Below are positions 18,463 through 27,968 of a stretch of DNA of 64,000 nucleotides, piece after piece (positions within the stretch are counted from its first letter, which is position 1; the number at the start of each line of letters is the position of its first letter). Made by a program: the position numbers and the translations under genes. The notes beneath the pieces were generated by a model, which was not told the origin of the DNA, searched no databases, and was given only the letters and a program-made list of their open reading frames with translations. Source of the DNA: a virus (Duplodnaviria > Caudoviricetes); the IMG/VR virus record IMGVR_UViG_3300033407_000008, positions 6,466 through 70,465 of that record. One strand, 5' to 3'.

Positions 18463-19875
18463 GTGAGCTACGAGTTCACCGACTTCCAGCGCCTGGTCCA
18501 CGCCGTGCCGGAGGGCGTCTCGCGGGGCCTCTTCGGCGGCCGCGGCGGCGGGAAGTCCGTGAGCCTCGCCCAGGACATCGCCATCACGGCGAACCGCTAC
18601 CGCGAGAACGCGCGGATCCTCTACCTCCGGCAGGGTCCCTACAAGTCGCTCAACGACTTCATCGAGACGCTCAGCGCCGTCTTCGATGGCTGGTGGGGGA
18701 CGAGGGCGCACAGCCTCAACCGGAGCACCTGGAGCTGGTCGAACCCGGTCGGCTCCTACATCGAGCTCGGGATCCTCCCCGACGGTGACCTCGGCCGGCG
18801 CTACTACGAGAAGACCTACCAGGGGCGCTCGACCACGCACTTGATCGCCGACGAGATCCAGCAGTGGGCCCGCCCCGACAACCTGGATCTCATGATGTCG
18901 AACCTGCGCGGCCCGATCCCGACACGGGTGACGCTCTCGGGCAACCCCGGCGGCGTCGGCCACCAGTGGATCGCTCAGCGCTACATCAACGGGCGCGAGA
19001 ACTGGTCGATCTTCACCGACCGGCGCGAGGTGCGGCTCGGCGGGCGCGTGATCTCGACCACCAGGCCCTTCGTCACCTGCCCCTCGACCTACCGCGACAA
19101 CCCGCACAACGGCTCGGACTATCTCGCCAACCTCGCCGCCTCCTGTAACCACGACCTCGAGCTCCTCAAGGCGTGGATCTCGGGCTCCTGGAAGATCAGC
19201 CGCGGCGCCTACTTCGCGGCCGTCCTCGACAACCCGCACATCGAGGTGACATGGCCGACGCCGGCCTCCTGGGAGGGATGGTCCTCCGAGGGCTGGACTT
19301 GGTGGCTCGCCCACGACCACGGCTCCGCCGCCCCGTCGGCAACCTACGTCATGGCCCGGAGCCCCGGCGCCGACGGCCCCGACGGGCTCTACTACCCGGC
19401 CGACAGCCTGGTGCTGGTCGACGAGTACGTCACGCACCGCCCGGGCGACTTCGGGAAGGGGTTCGGGTGGACGGTGCCGCAGATCGCCCCGGGCATCCTG
19501 GAGCTCGCGAAGCGGTGGAAGATCTCGGCCCAGGGCAACGCCGACGACGCCTGCTTCGGCAAGACCGGCCACCAAAGCGGTACGATCGCCGACGAGTACG
19601 GCAGAGAGGGCGTCGTCTGGCGACCGGCCAGGAAGGGGTTGAGGGCTCCGCGGATGATCCGCCTGAAGCGGCTGCTTGCCGCCGCCGGCGACATCGAGAA
19701 GGCCGGCCTCTACGTCGCGACCCGCTGCCGGTATTGGTGGCAGACGGTGCCCTTTCTGGTGCATGATCCGGACGACCCGGAAGTGCCTCTCAAGTGCGAC
19801 ACCGACCATGGGCTCGACGCGACGACCTACGGCCTCGACGGCTACCTCGCTACGAGCTCGTTCATGAGAGCGTGA
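18463..19875 (+). CDS. terL: Terminase large subunit
   Basis: Walker A GGRGGGKS, Walker B LIADE, GNPGGVGH coupling motif, HDHG and DHGLD nuclease acidic motifs. Confidence 0.92.
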   Translation: MSYEFTDFQRLVHAVPEGVSRGLFGGRGGGKSVSLAQDIAITANRYRENARILYLRQGPYKSLNDFIETLSAVFDGWWGTRAHSLNRSTWSWSNPVGSYIELGILPDGDLGRRYYEKTYQGRSTTHLIADEIQQWARPDNLDLMMSNLRGPIPTRVTLSGNPGGVGHQWIAQRYINGRENWSIFTDRREVRLGGRVISTTRPFVTCPSTYRDNPHNGSDYLANLAASCNHDLELLKAWISGSWKISRGAYFAAVLDNPHIEVTWPTPASWEGWSSEGWTWWLAHDHGSAAPSATYVMARSPGADGPDGLYYPADSLVLVDEYVTHRPGDFGKGFGWTVPQIAPGILELAKRWKISAQGNADDACFGKTGHQSGTIADEYGREGVVWRPARKGLRAPRMIRLKRLLAAAGDIEKAGLYVATRCRYWWQTVPFLVHDPDDPEVPLKCDTDHGLDATTYGLDGYLATSSFMRA

Positions 19876-19885
19876 GGAGGCGAGG

Positions 19886-20149
19886 ATGCGGACCGTAGAC
19901 ACTTTCGAGATCATCCACGAGGAGCGCGGGAAAGCGCTCGCCATCGTGCTTGGTAGTCCAGACGGACCTGACGGAGCCACCATCAGGTTCGACACGTTCT
20001 ACACGCGGATCTGGTCGTTCCAGACCGCCATATTTAACCTCGGGGAGCAGTGCGGGAAGGTCGGCGTCTTTCCCTCGCACAACATCATGCCGGCGCTCTT
20101 CGCCAAGCTCGAGGAGCACTGGACTCGGATAGGTCAGGAGGTACGATGA
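19886..20149 (+). CDS. Hypothetical protein
   Basis: GAGGAGG RBS; between TerL and portal. Confidence 0.55.
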   Translation: MRTVDTFEIIHEERGKALAIVLGSPDGPDGATIRFDTFYTRIWSFQTAIFNLGEQCGKVGVFPSHNIMPALFAKLEEHWTRIGQEVR

Positions 20150-21789
20150 ACGACCCGAACACCGCCCAGCCCAACGTCCGGACCCCCTCCAGCCAGTACG
20201 AGACCATGGAGGCCGACCGGCGCCTCCCCCACATCCTCGCCAAGGGCCTGCCCGAGGTGATCAAGGAGTCCAGCCTCGAATCGGGCTCGGTCTTCTCCTA
20301 TCCCGAATTCGTCCAGCAGGGCACGCGAGCGCAGCACGGCCGCGGCTTCATCGTCAAGCACCCGAAGGAGGCGGTCGAGGACTTCGGCGCCCGCCTCGAG
20401 CTGCTCCAGTTCAACAACTTCTACTGGTCGGCATGCGAGCAGCTCGCTGCCCGGGCCTTCACCCACGCGGTCACCTGGGCCGAGGACGTGCCGGAGGAGG
20501 TGGTCGCCTGGGAGGACAACATCGAGGCGGTCAACCAGGTGGTGGGGAGTGCCGGCCGCGACCTCCGCGCCTTCGCCCGCTCGGCCGCCACGAGCGCGAT
20601 GGGCTACGGCCTGGGCGGGCTCTACGCGAACCTGCTCGAGGGAGCCGACCGGCCGTACTTGAAGTGGGTGCCCGGCTCGGCCATCATCGAGGTTCTCCAC
20701 CGGACCTCCGGCGGCATGTCGCGGCCGAGCCGGATCAAGCTCCTGACCCACGCGAGCACCGCCGCCGGCGACCAGGAGGGCAAGGATGCCCGCGGCGTGC
20801 CGTGGCGCCAGGCGAGCTACGAGCGGGTGATGGTCCTCTACGACGGCGACCCCGCCGACGGCAGTCTCGCGAGCTACGAGATCTACGACCGGGTGGAGCC
20901 GGGCAACGCCGTGTCGCCGTGGAAGACGACGCCGACCCTCGAGCGCACACCCCTCGATCCCCAGACGTCGATCCCCATGGCCTGCCTCTACGCCGGCTAC
21001 GACGAAGCGTGGTTCACGCGGCCGCGGCTGCGGCACCTGGCGTCGAAGGAGCGGGTGTGGATGAACCGGCGCTCCGACCTTGACTGGATCGAGAAGACCG
21101 CCTGCGTCCCGTTCTGGAACTGGGCCGGGGCGACCGCCGAGGACGAGCTGCGGCACCGCACGATCAGCGCGGCGAACGTCTGGCGGAGCGACAACCCCAA
21201 CGCCCGGCTCATGCCCGCCGAGTTCGAGGGCAAGTCCATGGAGGTCGGGGAGGCCTCGATCGACACCCTGCTGCGCGAGATCGAGGTGATGGCCTTGATG
21301 CCCCTCATCACCCGCCCGCAGGGCAACGAGACCGCCACCGGGCGCATGATCGACTCCGACCGGGCGAACAACCAGGGCGAGGCGTACTCGCTCGGCTGGG
21401 CCGACTCGTTCTCCCAAGCCCTCCAGTACATGGCGATCTACGCCCGGCTGCCCCCGAAGACGGTGGAGCGCATCTTCGTCATGTTCCATCACGACTTCGG
21501 GGTGAGCCTCGAGAACATCGAGTTCGCGAAGATCCACAGCCAGGACTTCATTGCCGGGCAACTGCGTCCGGAGCGCTACTTCATCGAGATGAAGCGCCTC
21601 GGCGCCTTCTCTGAGGACACCGACCCTAAGGAAGAGGCCCGGTGGGTCGAGACCAAGGACCGGGTGACTCTCGAGGCCCTGCTGGGGCGCTCCGCCGCCG
21701 ATGGGACGGAGCCGAACAACGCGCCGAAGGCGGAGCCCGGTCCCAAGCCTGCCAACCCACCGCCGCCCAAAGACCAGCCGCCGAACTGA
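20146..21789 (+). CDS. Portal protein (DUF4055-type)
   Basis: Size and position after TerL; ETATGRMID, SQALQYMA motifs typical of this portal type. Confidence 0.8.
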   Translation: MNDPNTAQPNVRTPSSQYETMEADRRLPHILAKGLPEVIKESSLESGSVFSYPEFVQQGTRAQHGRGFIVKHPKEAVEDFGARLELLQFNNFYWSACEQLAARAFTHAVTWAEDVPEEVVAWEDNIEAVNQVVGSAGRDLRAFARSAATSAMGYGLGGLYANLLEGADRPYLKWVPGSAIIEVLHRTSGGMSRPSRIKLLTHASTAAGDQEGKDARGVPWRQASYERVMVLYDGDPADGSLASYEIYDRVEPGNAVSPWKTTPTLERTPLDPQTSIPMACLYAGYDEAWFTRPRLRHLASKERVWMNRRSDLDWIEKTACVPFWNWAGATAEDELRHRTISAANVWRSDNPNARLMPAEFEGKSMEVGEASIDTLLREIEVMALMPLITRPQGNETATGRMIDSDRANNQGEAYSLGWADSFSQALQYMAIYARLPPKTVERIFVMFHHDFGVSLENIEFAKIHSQDFIAGQLRPERYFIEMKRLGAFSEDTDPKEEARWVETKDRVTLEALLGRSAADGTEPNNAPKAEPGPKPANPPPPKDQPPN

Positions 21790-21807
21790 CGCCGCCGGCG
21801 GCCCACC

Positions 21808-22914
21808 ATGCCTGTCCCGGCCAGAATCCTCCGCGCGATCGAGACCCGGGCTGCCAGGCTGACCCGGCTCGAGGACGCCGTGGTGGCGAGCGTCCTCGAC
21901 CTCCTGACCGATCTCCAGGACGAGCTCGTCAAGGAGCTCACGAAGGCCGACCCCGCCGGCCCGCAGCGGATCACCTGGCGCCGGGCGCGGTTGAAGAAGC
22001 TCCTCGAGCAGACCGAGCGCCAGATCAACGAGGTCTACCGCGAGCTCCAGAAGCGCTCCGCGGCCCACCTCGAGGTGACCGCCCGGGCCGAGCTCCAGTT
22101 CACGACCGCCCAGATCCGCGAGCTCCTCAACCCGATCCGGAGCTTCGTCTCGGTCAACACCGTCGCCATCAGCCCCGAGATCCTCCGGCAGCTCGCCACG
22201 AACACCGTGGTCCACATGGGCGAGAGCCTGGGGGCGCTCCCCATGCGGGATTGGCTCGCCGACCAGGCCCGGGAGACGCAGATCCGCTTCGCCCAGCAGA
22301 TGCACCGGGCGATCCTCTCGGGCGAGAGCACGGCGCAGATGGTGCGGCGGGTAGTGGGCGCCCGCGGCCGGCCCGGGATCATGGACGTCTCCCGCCACCT
22401 CGCCGAGGCCCTTGTGCGGACGTCGACCCAGGCGGTGATGGGGGAGGCCCGGAGGACGGTCTACGCGAAGAACCGCCACGCGGTCAAGGGCATCCAGCAG
22501 ATCACGACCGAGGACGACCGGACGACGCTCATCTGCATCGCCTACGCGGGGAAGAAGTGGCGGTTCCTGGAGGACGGCTCGCTCGAGCCCGTGGGCCACT
22601 CGCTGCCCTACCGCGGCGGCATCCCCCGGCACCCGAACTGCCGGTCCGGCGAGGTGCCCTGGGTCAAGTCGCTCGAGGAGATGGGGATCACCGAGGCGGA
22701 CGAGGTGCCGCCGGCGATCCGCCGGGTGCTCGACGGCCAGGGCTTGCCCGGGAAGGACGGTGAGGCACTGCTCGCTCGGATCGGCCCCAAACGGGCTCGT
22801 GAGATCCTCGGAAAGGGGCGGTGGGAGCTGTGGGAGGCCGGCAAGCTGCCGCTCGAGGACCTGGTGGGGCCGACCGGCGGCGTCCAGACGCTCGAGCAGC
22901 TCCGGGGCGGGTGA
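21808..22914 (+). CDS. Minor head morphogenesis protein (MuF/SPP1 gp7-like)
   Basis: LVRTS, DDRTTLIC, PRHPNCRS motifs. Confidence 0.85.
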   Translation: MPVPARILRAIETRAARLTRLEDAVVASVLDLLTDLQDELVKELTKADPAGPQRITWRRARLKKLLEQTERQINEVYRELQKRSAAHLEVTARAELQFTTAQIRELLNPIRSFVSVNTVAISPEILRQLATNTVVHMGESLGALPMRDWLADQARETQIRFAQQMHRAILSGESTAQMVRRVVGARGRPGIMDVSRHLAEALVRTSTQAVMGEARRTVYAKNRHAVKGIQQITTEDDRTTLICIAYAGKKWRFLEDGSLEPVGHSLPYRGGIPRHPNCRSGEVPWVKSLEEMGITEADEVPPAIRRVLDGQGLPGKDGEALLARIGPKRAREILGKGRWELWEAGKLPLEDLVGPTGGVQTLEQLRGG

Positions 22915-22970
22915 AGTCGCCCAGGCCAAGGACGCGCGGTGGGGAAGGTCGCCCATCAGGCCGCGGCCGC

Positions 22971-23005
22971 TCCACCCTAGTCCACCAGGCTCCACGGTTC
23001 TCCAC
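22971..23005 (+). repeat. Four TCCAC pentamers at exact 10-bp spacing
   Basis: TCCAC at 22971, 22981, 22991 and 23001. Confidence 0.85.
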
Positions 23006-23019
23006 CTCGCCGTATCCCC

Positions 23020-23048
23020 TTGCACCTACCGCCGTACTCTGCTACGCT
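23020..23048 (+). promoter_or_regulatory. Sigma70-type promoter with extended -10
   Basis: TTGCAC-N17-TACGCT with TGn before the -10. Confidence 0.65.
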
Positions 23049-23185
23049 CCGCCCATGGCTTCCAGCTCCGATCGGTCGCGGGCCAAGATCCCCTGCGTTC
23101 GCCCGGCCTGGTCGCCAGGGGTGGCGCCGGCGTACCCCCGACGGCGTCGCCCCACCTTCCGAACCGCACCCGACAGGAGGAGCCC

Positions 23186-23494
23186 GTGAAACACGCCCGA
23201 GACGACTACCGCTTCATCGTGGACCTGCGATCGCTCTCCGACGAACAGCTCGACGAGCTGCGCACCGAGCTCGCGAACGGCGACCTCGGCCCCGGCATCC
23301 CGCCGGAGGAGCCGGTCTTCCTGCTGCGCGCGAAGGACATCGCGGCGCCGCGCGTCGTGGCCTATTGGGCGGAGGCGGCGGAGCTTGCCGGCGCCGATCC
23401 GAAGATGGTTTTCATGGCCCAGGACCATGCGGTCAAGATGAACGACTGGCAGGTGAAGCAGGGGTACAAGGTGCCCGATCTGCCCAACGCCTGA
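23186..23494 (+). CDS. Phage hypothetical protein
   Basis: EPVFLLRAKD.AAP..V..W motif; AGGAGG RBS. Confidence 0.7.
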   Translation: MKHARDDYRFIVDLRSLSDEQLDELRTELANGDLGPGIPPEEPVFLLRAKDIAAPRVVAYWAEAAELAGADPKMVFMAQDHAVKMNDWQVKQGYKVPDLPNA

Positions 23495-23506
23495 TCCCGC
23501 CCCGCT

Positions 23507-23752
23507 GTGAACCGCACCGAAGACGTCACCTCCCGCACCTGGGGCCATGCCCCGGAGCTTCGACCCGGCATCCGAGTCGTGGTCTGGCCGGCCTCGGGAA
23601 AGCTCTACGCAGGGACGCTCGAGGATGGCCCGCGAGCCCTTCCCCGCCGGGCGTTCCTCCACTACCGCGTTCGTCCCACCGGCGGCCGGGCCCGGTGGGT
23701 CTCCTGCATCAGCCTCGTCTCCGCGGTCCTGCCCGGCGGCCGCCTACCCTGA
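23507..23752 (+). CDS. Hypothetical protein
   Basis: 81-aa ORF filling the gap; weak RBS. Confidence 0.4.
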   Translation: MNRTEDVTSRTWGHAPELRPGIRVVVWPASGKLYAGTLEDGPRALPRRAFLHYRVRPTGGRARWVSCISLVSAVLPGGRLP

Positions 23753-23778
23753 ACCACCAACCGCACAGGAGGAAGCCC

Positions 23779-24279
23779 ATGCCCCTCGAGATCCGACCGC
23801 ACACCACCGACCTCGACGATGGCCCCGTCTGGAAGGTCCACGATCCGGACGTCGGCCCGGAGGTGCTCTTCGACCTGAGCCTCCGGGAGGTCCTCTCGCT
23901 CGACTTTCTGGCGCCAGACTCGGAGCGGCGCCCGGCGGCGCTCACCGCCCTGACGCTGCTCAGGAGCGAGCTCTTCAAGACCTTCACCGCCGGCTTGTCG
24001 GTCGACTGCCTGCCGCCGCTGGGGGTGCGCAACACGGCGAAGGACACTCCCTTCGCCCGGGCTTGCCGACTGCTCGTCTCCTCGGTCTCTTGCGCCGGGA
24101 ACCTGATGCGCGAGCCGGACGATCTGCCGCCCCTGGTCGAGCAGTTGATCTACGCCGCGATCTCCGAGCTCAAGGGCCGGGATGGTGAGCCGCAGCCGGA
24201 CGCGCGCTACTGGCGGGACGACGTCACCCGCCGGCTCGAGGTGGCGCTGTCGGTCCTCCGGGACCGGGTGGTGACGTGA
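23779..24279 (+). CDS. Hypothetical protein
   Basis: Leader motif plus AGGAGG RBS. Confidence 0.65.
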   Translation: MPLEIRPHTTDLDDGPVWKVHDPDVGPEVLFDLSLREVLSLDFLAPDSERRPAALTALTLLRSELFKTFTAGLSVDCLPPLGVRNTAKDTPFARACRLLVSSVSCAGNLMREPDDLPPLVEQLIYAAISELKGRDGEPQPDARYWRDDVTRRLEVALSVLRDRVVT

Positions 24280-24509
24280 TCCTCGCCCCCGGAGTCCTCC
24301 GAGACCTCCGCTCCCGGGTCGGCTCGGCCTTTCTGCCGGCCTGGGATCAGGCGGTCACCCTCGCCTTCTCCGGCGAGCTCGTGGCCCACTTCGTGACCCG
24401 GCAAGGCCACGATGCCGTGCGCTTCGAGGACCCCGCCGGCGCTGCCTACGTGCGGTTCGGGCTGCTGCCGGAAGCGGTGATGGCGACCAAGGGGAGGGAC
24501 AAGCCATGA
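24276..24509 (+). CDS. Hypothetical protein
   Basis: GTGA/ATGA coupling. Confidence 0.5.
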   Translation: MILAPGVLRDLRSRVGSAFLPAWDQAVTLAFSGELVAHFVTRQGHDAVRFEDPAGAAYVRFGLLPEAVMATKGRDKP

Positions 24510-25024
24510 GGGTCAAGTCCGCTTTCGGTTGGTCGATCACGTGGCCCTATACCTCTGGTGAGCGCTGGGTATCCCTTCGTGTCTTCCCGACGCGCCAGGA
24601 GGCGATCCAGTTCGAGTGCTGGAACCAGAACCCCGCCCTCTCTTACGCGACCCGTGCCACTCTCAGCCCGTGGCGGTTCACCATGTCGGCCGAGGTCTCC
24701 AGGGCATGGAAGAAGCTCTACCGGCGCGGGTATCGAGCGGTCCATGTCGAGGTGCTGGCGATGTTGTTCGGCATGGACAGGGAGGGAGCCCACCCCATGA
24801 GGGGCCCGAACCTCAGGAGGCTAGCCGAGGCGGTCGCCGAGCGGCTCTTCACCAACGGCAGCGGCGAGGTGGCCGATCGTCTCGTGCTCACGGTGGACAA
24901 GCCGCGGCGCGACCTCGGCGGCTGGTCTCGTCGCCCCGCTGTTGACCAGATCGAAGAGGTCCTCCGCTTCGGCCTGGAAGGGAGGGAAGCCGATGCCCGA
25001 CCAGAAGCCCGGCCTGGTGGCTGA
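24506..25024 (+). CDS. Hypothetical protein (possibly two fused small genes; internal RBS-ATG at about 24797)
   Basis: GGGAGG RBS; internal GGAG-N8-ATG. Confidence 0.5.
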   Translation: MRVKSAFGWSITWPYTSGERWVSLRVFPTRQEAIQFECWNQNPALSYATRATLSPWRFTMSAEVSRAWKKLYRRGYRAVHVEVLAMLFGMDREGAHPMRGPNLRRLAEAVAERLFTNGSGEVADRLVLTVDKPRRDLGGWSRRPAVDQIEEVLRFGLEGREADARPEARPGG

Positions 25025-25238
25025 CATCGTTCCGCCCTGGCGCCGCTGGCGCATCGTCGATCGGCCGCGTCTCAAGGTGCAGCTTCAGGTCGAGCTCCGG
25101 GACGTCTGGATCGGCTGCTTCTGGAGAGTTTCCAGACACCCCGATCTACGGGCTTCCATTCTCCACCTGTACGTCTGCCTGCTTCCGCTTCTCCCGCTCC
25201 ATGTCTCCATCTTGCGAAGGGAGCACTCCAATGGCTGA
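24993..25238 (+). CDS. Hypothetical protein
   Basis: GGGAGG RBS; ELRDVWIGCFW motif. Confidence 0.55.
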   Translation: MPDQKPGLVADIVPPWRRWRIVDRPRLKVQLQVELRDVWIGCFWRVSRHPDLRASILHLYVCLLPLLPLHVSILRREHSNG

Positions 25239-25458
25239 CGTCATGGCCGAGCGGCCGCGACGCCTGTCCCGCGCCGAGGTAGACCAGCTCGCCCAGGAGA
25301 TCTACGAGCACGTCATTCCGACCGACACCCGCGGCAGGCGCTTCCCCGGTCACGACTGGGCCGAGGCCGGGGCGCCGGCGAAGGCGTTCTACCGCAAGAT
25401 CGCCAGGTTCGTGCTGTCGAGGACGAGCCGAGCCTCGGGAGTAGATGATGCGCGCTGA
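25231..25458 (+). CDS. Hypothetical protein
   Basis: GGGAG RBS; overlaps neighbours. Confidence 0.5.
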   Translation: MADVMAERPRRLSRAEVDQLAQEIYEHVIPTDTRGRRFPGHDWAEAGAPAKAFYRKIARFVLSRTSRASGVDDAR

Positions 25459-25804
25459 CGACTTTCGCCGCTCCAGACGGCAACTGCTCGCTCGAGGCCT
25501 CCAGGAGCGCATGCCCTGGCGCTGGTGGACCACCTTCGGCCGCTGGTGCTGGAAGACCTGGTGGGCCAGACGTTGCGGCGGCTCCTACCACTCGACGGCA
25601 CCTATCCACCTCGAGATCGAGACCAAGCTCAGGCGCTTCGACCGTCGTTTCGGCGCCGGCGCTACAGCCGCGCATGCCAGGTCCTTCAACGCCGCGTTGT
25701 TGAACGAGCGCGATCGACAGCGACGAGCTTTGGTCGTTGCCCGCCAGCATCTAGAGGCGGTGTTGGAAGGCCGCGCCATGGAGGTACCGCCAACGCCGCC
25801 ATGA
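25445..25804 (+). CDS. Hypothetical Arg/Trp-rich protein
   Basis: GGGAG RBS. Confidence 0.45.
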   Translation: MMRADDFRRSRRQLLARGLQERMPWRWWTTFGRWCWKTWWARRCGGSYHSTAPIHLEIETKLRRFDRRFGAGATAAHARSFNAALLNERDRQRRALVVARQHLEAVLEGRAMEVPPTPP

Positions 25805-26067
25805 TCGTCCTCCACGACCGCCCCCGGTGCCTGGGGTGTGGCGAGCTCGTCGAGGTCCTCCACCAGGTCACTACCAGGACCTACGAGCTTCGCTGTTCCC
25901 GCTGCGGTCCAGATCTGGTCGAGTTCGTCTTCCCGGTGGCGTTCACCTTTGACAGCCGGATCTCCAGAGTGCGCAGCCGAGGATGGCGCTGGAGTATCAT
26001 CGCGAGGGCGTTTCACGTGACACATGGTCGTGAGGCGAGCAGAGGGCCGGCTTCGGCCGGGGGGTGA
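25801..26067 (+). CDS. Hypothetical Zn-ribbon protein
   Basis: CLGC...CSRC; GGAGG RBS. Confidence 0.5.
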   Translation: MIVLHDRPRCLGCGELVEVLHQVTTRTYELRCSRCGPDLVEFVFPVAFTFDSRISRVRSRGWRWSIIARAFHVTHGREASRGPASAGG

Positions 26068-26286
26068 TAACCCGCCACCTTGGGGGGCCGCTCGCGGGAG
26101 ATGGCCGCCCCCTCTCTGCTGGCCTCCAGGCCGTTGACGACTTCCCCGCGCTTGCGCTGCGGCACAGCAGCCGCTAAGATCCCGCTCAACTGGTCCCAGG
26201 CGCCGAGCGAAACCTCCGAACTCGACCTCTTGGCGCGACGGTCGGGCTGCTCGGCGCCTGGGGCCTTCTGACGCAGGGAGGCCGCC

Positions 26287-26829
26287 ATGGGCATCGCCAT
26301 CCTCTTCCTCGCCGCCGTGGTCATCGCCGGCCTCCAGGTCCTCGAGAGCGACGCCGGCCGCGAGCTGATCTGCCGCGACCTCGCGATCCTCGGCCACGTC
26401 CTCCACCCCCTGCACGAGGCTCTCGCCGGCTTCCGCCGCCACTACAACCTGATCGTCACCCGGCACGTCTCGGAGGAGCGACCGATCGGCCGCCCGCGGC
26501 TCATCCTCCAGGTCACGGTCCAGATCCTCGCCTTCGGCGTCGCGGTCTACACCGGCGAGCTCTGGCCGGTGGTCGCCGCCCTCACCTTCACCGCCGTCGA
26601 CCTCGTGTGGACGCACCTGGGGCAGGGCATCCCCGGCTGGTCGACCGCCCTCCTGGGCACCGTGATCGACGGCCTCTACCTCTGGACGATCTGGCCCACG
26701 GCCGCCTGGATCGGGGAGAACCCCTGGCTCTTCGCCGGCCGGCTCACCCTCGGCGTCGCGGTGGGCGCCGGGATCCTCGCCGGCAACTGGTGGCTCGGCT
26801 ACCGCGCCGGGGCCCGCGTCGTCTCGTGA
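26287..26829 (+). CDS. Multi-pass membrane protein, HXXEE-like
   Basis: About 5 hydrophobic segments; HVLHPLHE...F..HYN motif; GGGAGG RBS. Confidence 0.6.
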   Translation: MGIAILFLAAVVIAGLQVLESDAGRELICRDLAILGHVLHPLHEALAGFRRHYNLIVTRHVSEERPIGRPRLILQVTVQILAFGVAVYTGELWPVVAALTFTAVDLVWTHLGQGIPGWSTALLGTVIDGLYLWTIWPTAAWIGENPWLFAGRLTLGVAVGAGILAGNWWLGYRAGARVVS

Positions 26830-27047
26830 GCGACCTCGAGCCCTACCCGCTGCCCGACGAGCTCGCCCCGGAGCGACGGCCGGACCTTTGGCGGCCCTGC
26901 GAGGACCCGATGTTCGAGTTCGTGACGACGGACAAGGGGCGGCAGATCCTCAACCGGGTGGTGCTCGACGGCGTGGCGGTTGAGGACGCGATCGAGGAGG
27001 CCGCTGGCTTCTTCACCCAGGGCGGGCGGGCTCTACTGCCCTCCTGA
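26826..27047 (+). CDS. Hypothetical protein
   Basis: GTGA-coupled. Confidence 0.5.
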   Translation: MSDLEPYPLPDELAPERRPDLWRPCEDPMFEFVTTDKGRQILNRVVLDGVAVEDAIEEAAGFFTQGGRALLPS

Positions 27048-27128
27048 TCTGCTATCCTCTCGCCACGGCGAGACGCCCGGCCGCCGTTCCCACCTCCACA
27101 CCGGGCCGCTCAACCAAGGAGACGAGCG

Positions 27129-27848
27129 ATGCAGATCAGACCGTACGACCCCGCTGTCCATGTGCCACCCCTGACCGATCAGATCCTCCGCGACTATGGC
27201 CCGGCCTTCGAAGTGCACGATGGTCCCTTCTACGTCGTCATCACGCTGGGGGAGATCCTCGGCTATGAGTTGGGCCTCGGAGAGCCCAGCAAGGCGCGCG
27301 AAGCGGCGGTGAATCACCTTCGCGCCCGCCTCCAGGAAGCGCTCGCCGCCGGCCTCCACCCCGAGTGCCTGCCGCGAGACGAAAGCGCACCGTCCTCGGC
27401 CGCCGACCATGCCAGGCGCTTGGTGGCCACCTCGCTCGACCTCGTGGTTCGCCACGGTCCCGGCCGCGACGAACTGAGCGCGCTCGCCTACGCCATCGAC
27501 CGGGCCTCCTGGGTCGCGGTCATGGAGCGGAAGCGTGTGGCCGGCGACCGTTCCGAGCTCGACCGCACCTACGCGAAGATCCACTCCGACCTCCGGGATC
27601 TCTTCAGCATCGCTCGCGACCGAACCACGCCGAGCCAGCCCGCCACGAGGTTCGAGTCGGTGCAGACCCTCCGGTGCCACCTGTATGAGGGTGGGCCGCG
27701 AGCCGGTTACACCGGCTTCATCGAGCGGATCGGATCTGGGGCGCCCGAGGGGCCGGAGCGCATCGTCTACTGGCTCGCTGCCGACGGCGAGGTGCAGGTG
27801 CCCGCGGAGCCAGGGTTACCGCCCGACGCCGACAGCCCTGGGGTGTAG
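27129..27848 (+). CDS. Hypothetical protein
   Basis: AAGGAG RBS; 239 aa. Confidence 0.65.
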   Translation: MQIRPYDPAVHVPPLTDQILRDYGPAFEVHDGPFYVVITLGEILGYELGLGEPSKAREAAVNHLRARLQEALAAGLHPECLPRDESAPSSAADHARRLVATSLDLVVRHGPGRDELSALAYAIDRASWVAVMERKRVAGDRSELDRTYAKIHSDLRDLFSIARDRTTPSQPATRFESVQTLRCHLYEGGPRAGYTGFIERIGSGAPEGPERIVYWLAADGEVQVPAEPGLPPDADSPGV

Positions 27849-27895
27849 ATGGGTTTGTGGGCGGCGGTCGAGGTAGTTCGCCCAGGCCGCCGCCC

Positions 27896-27924
27896 TTGCT
27901 TCCGCCCGCCGTACCCGGTACACT
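27896..27924 (+). promoter_or_regulatory. Sigma70-type promoter
   Basis: TTGCTT-N17-TACACT-AAAC, same family as 4327 and 8977. Confidence 0.7.
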
Positions 27925-27968
27925 AAACGTGTAGGTGAACCAGCAACCGCACAGGGAGGAACCGCGCC

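Noticed and set aside
20134-23025. 963-aa minus-strand ORF opposite portal/MuF (also 18445-19995, 33913-35334, 37665-39257)
   Set aside because: Same shadow-ORF artefact; the plus-strand genes have clear family motifs
26068-26280. Intergenic gap as ncRNA or small gene
   Set aside because: No clear promoter, SD-led ORF or strong helices beyond GC-rich chance pairing
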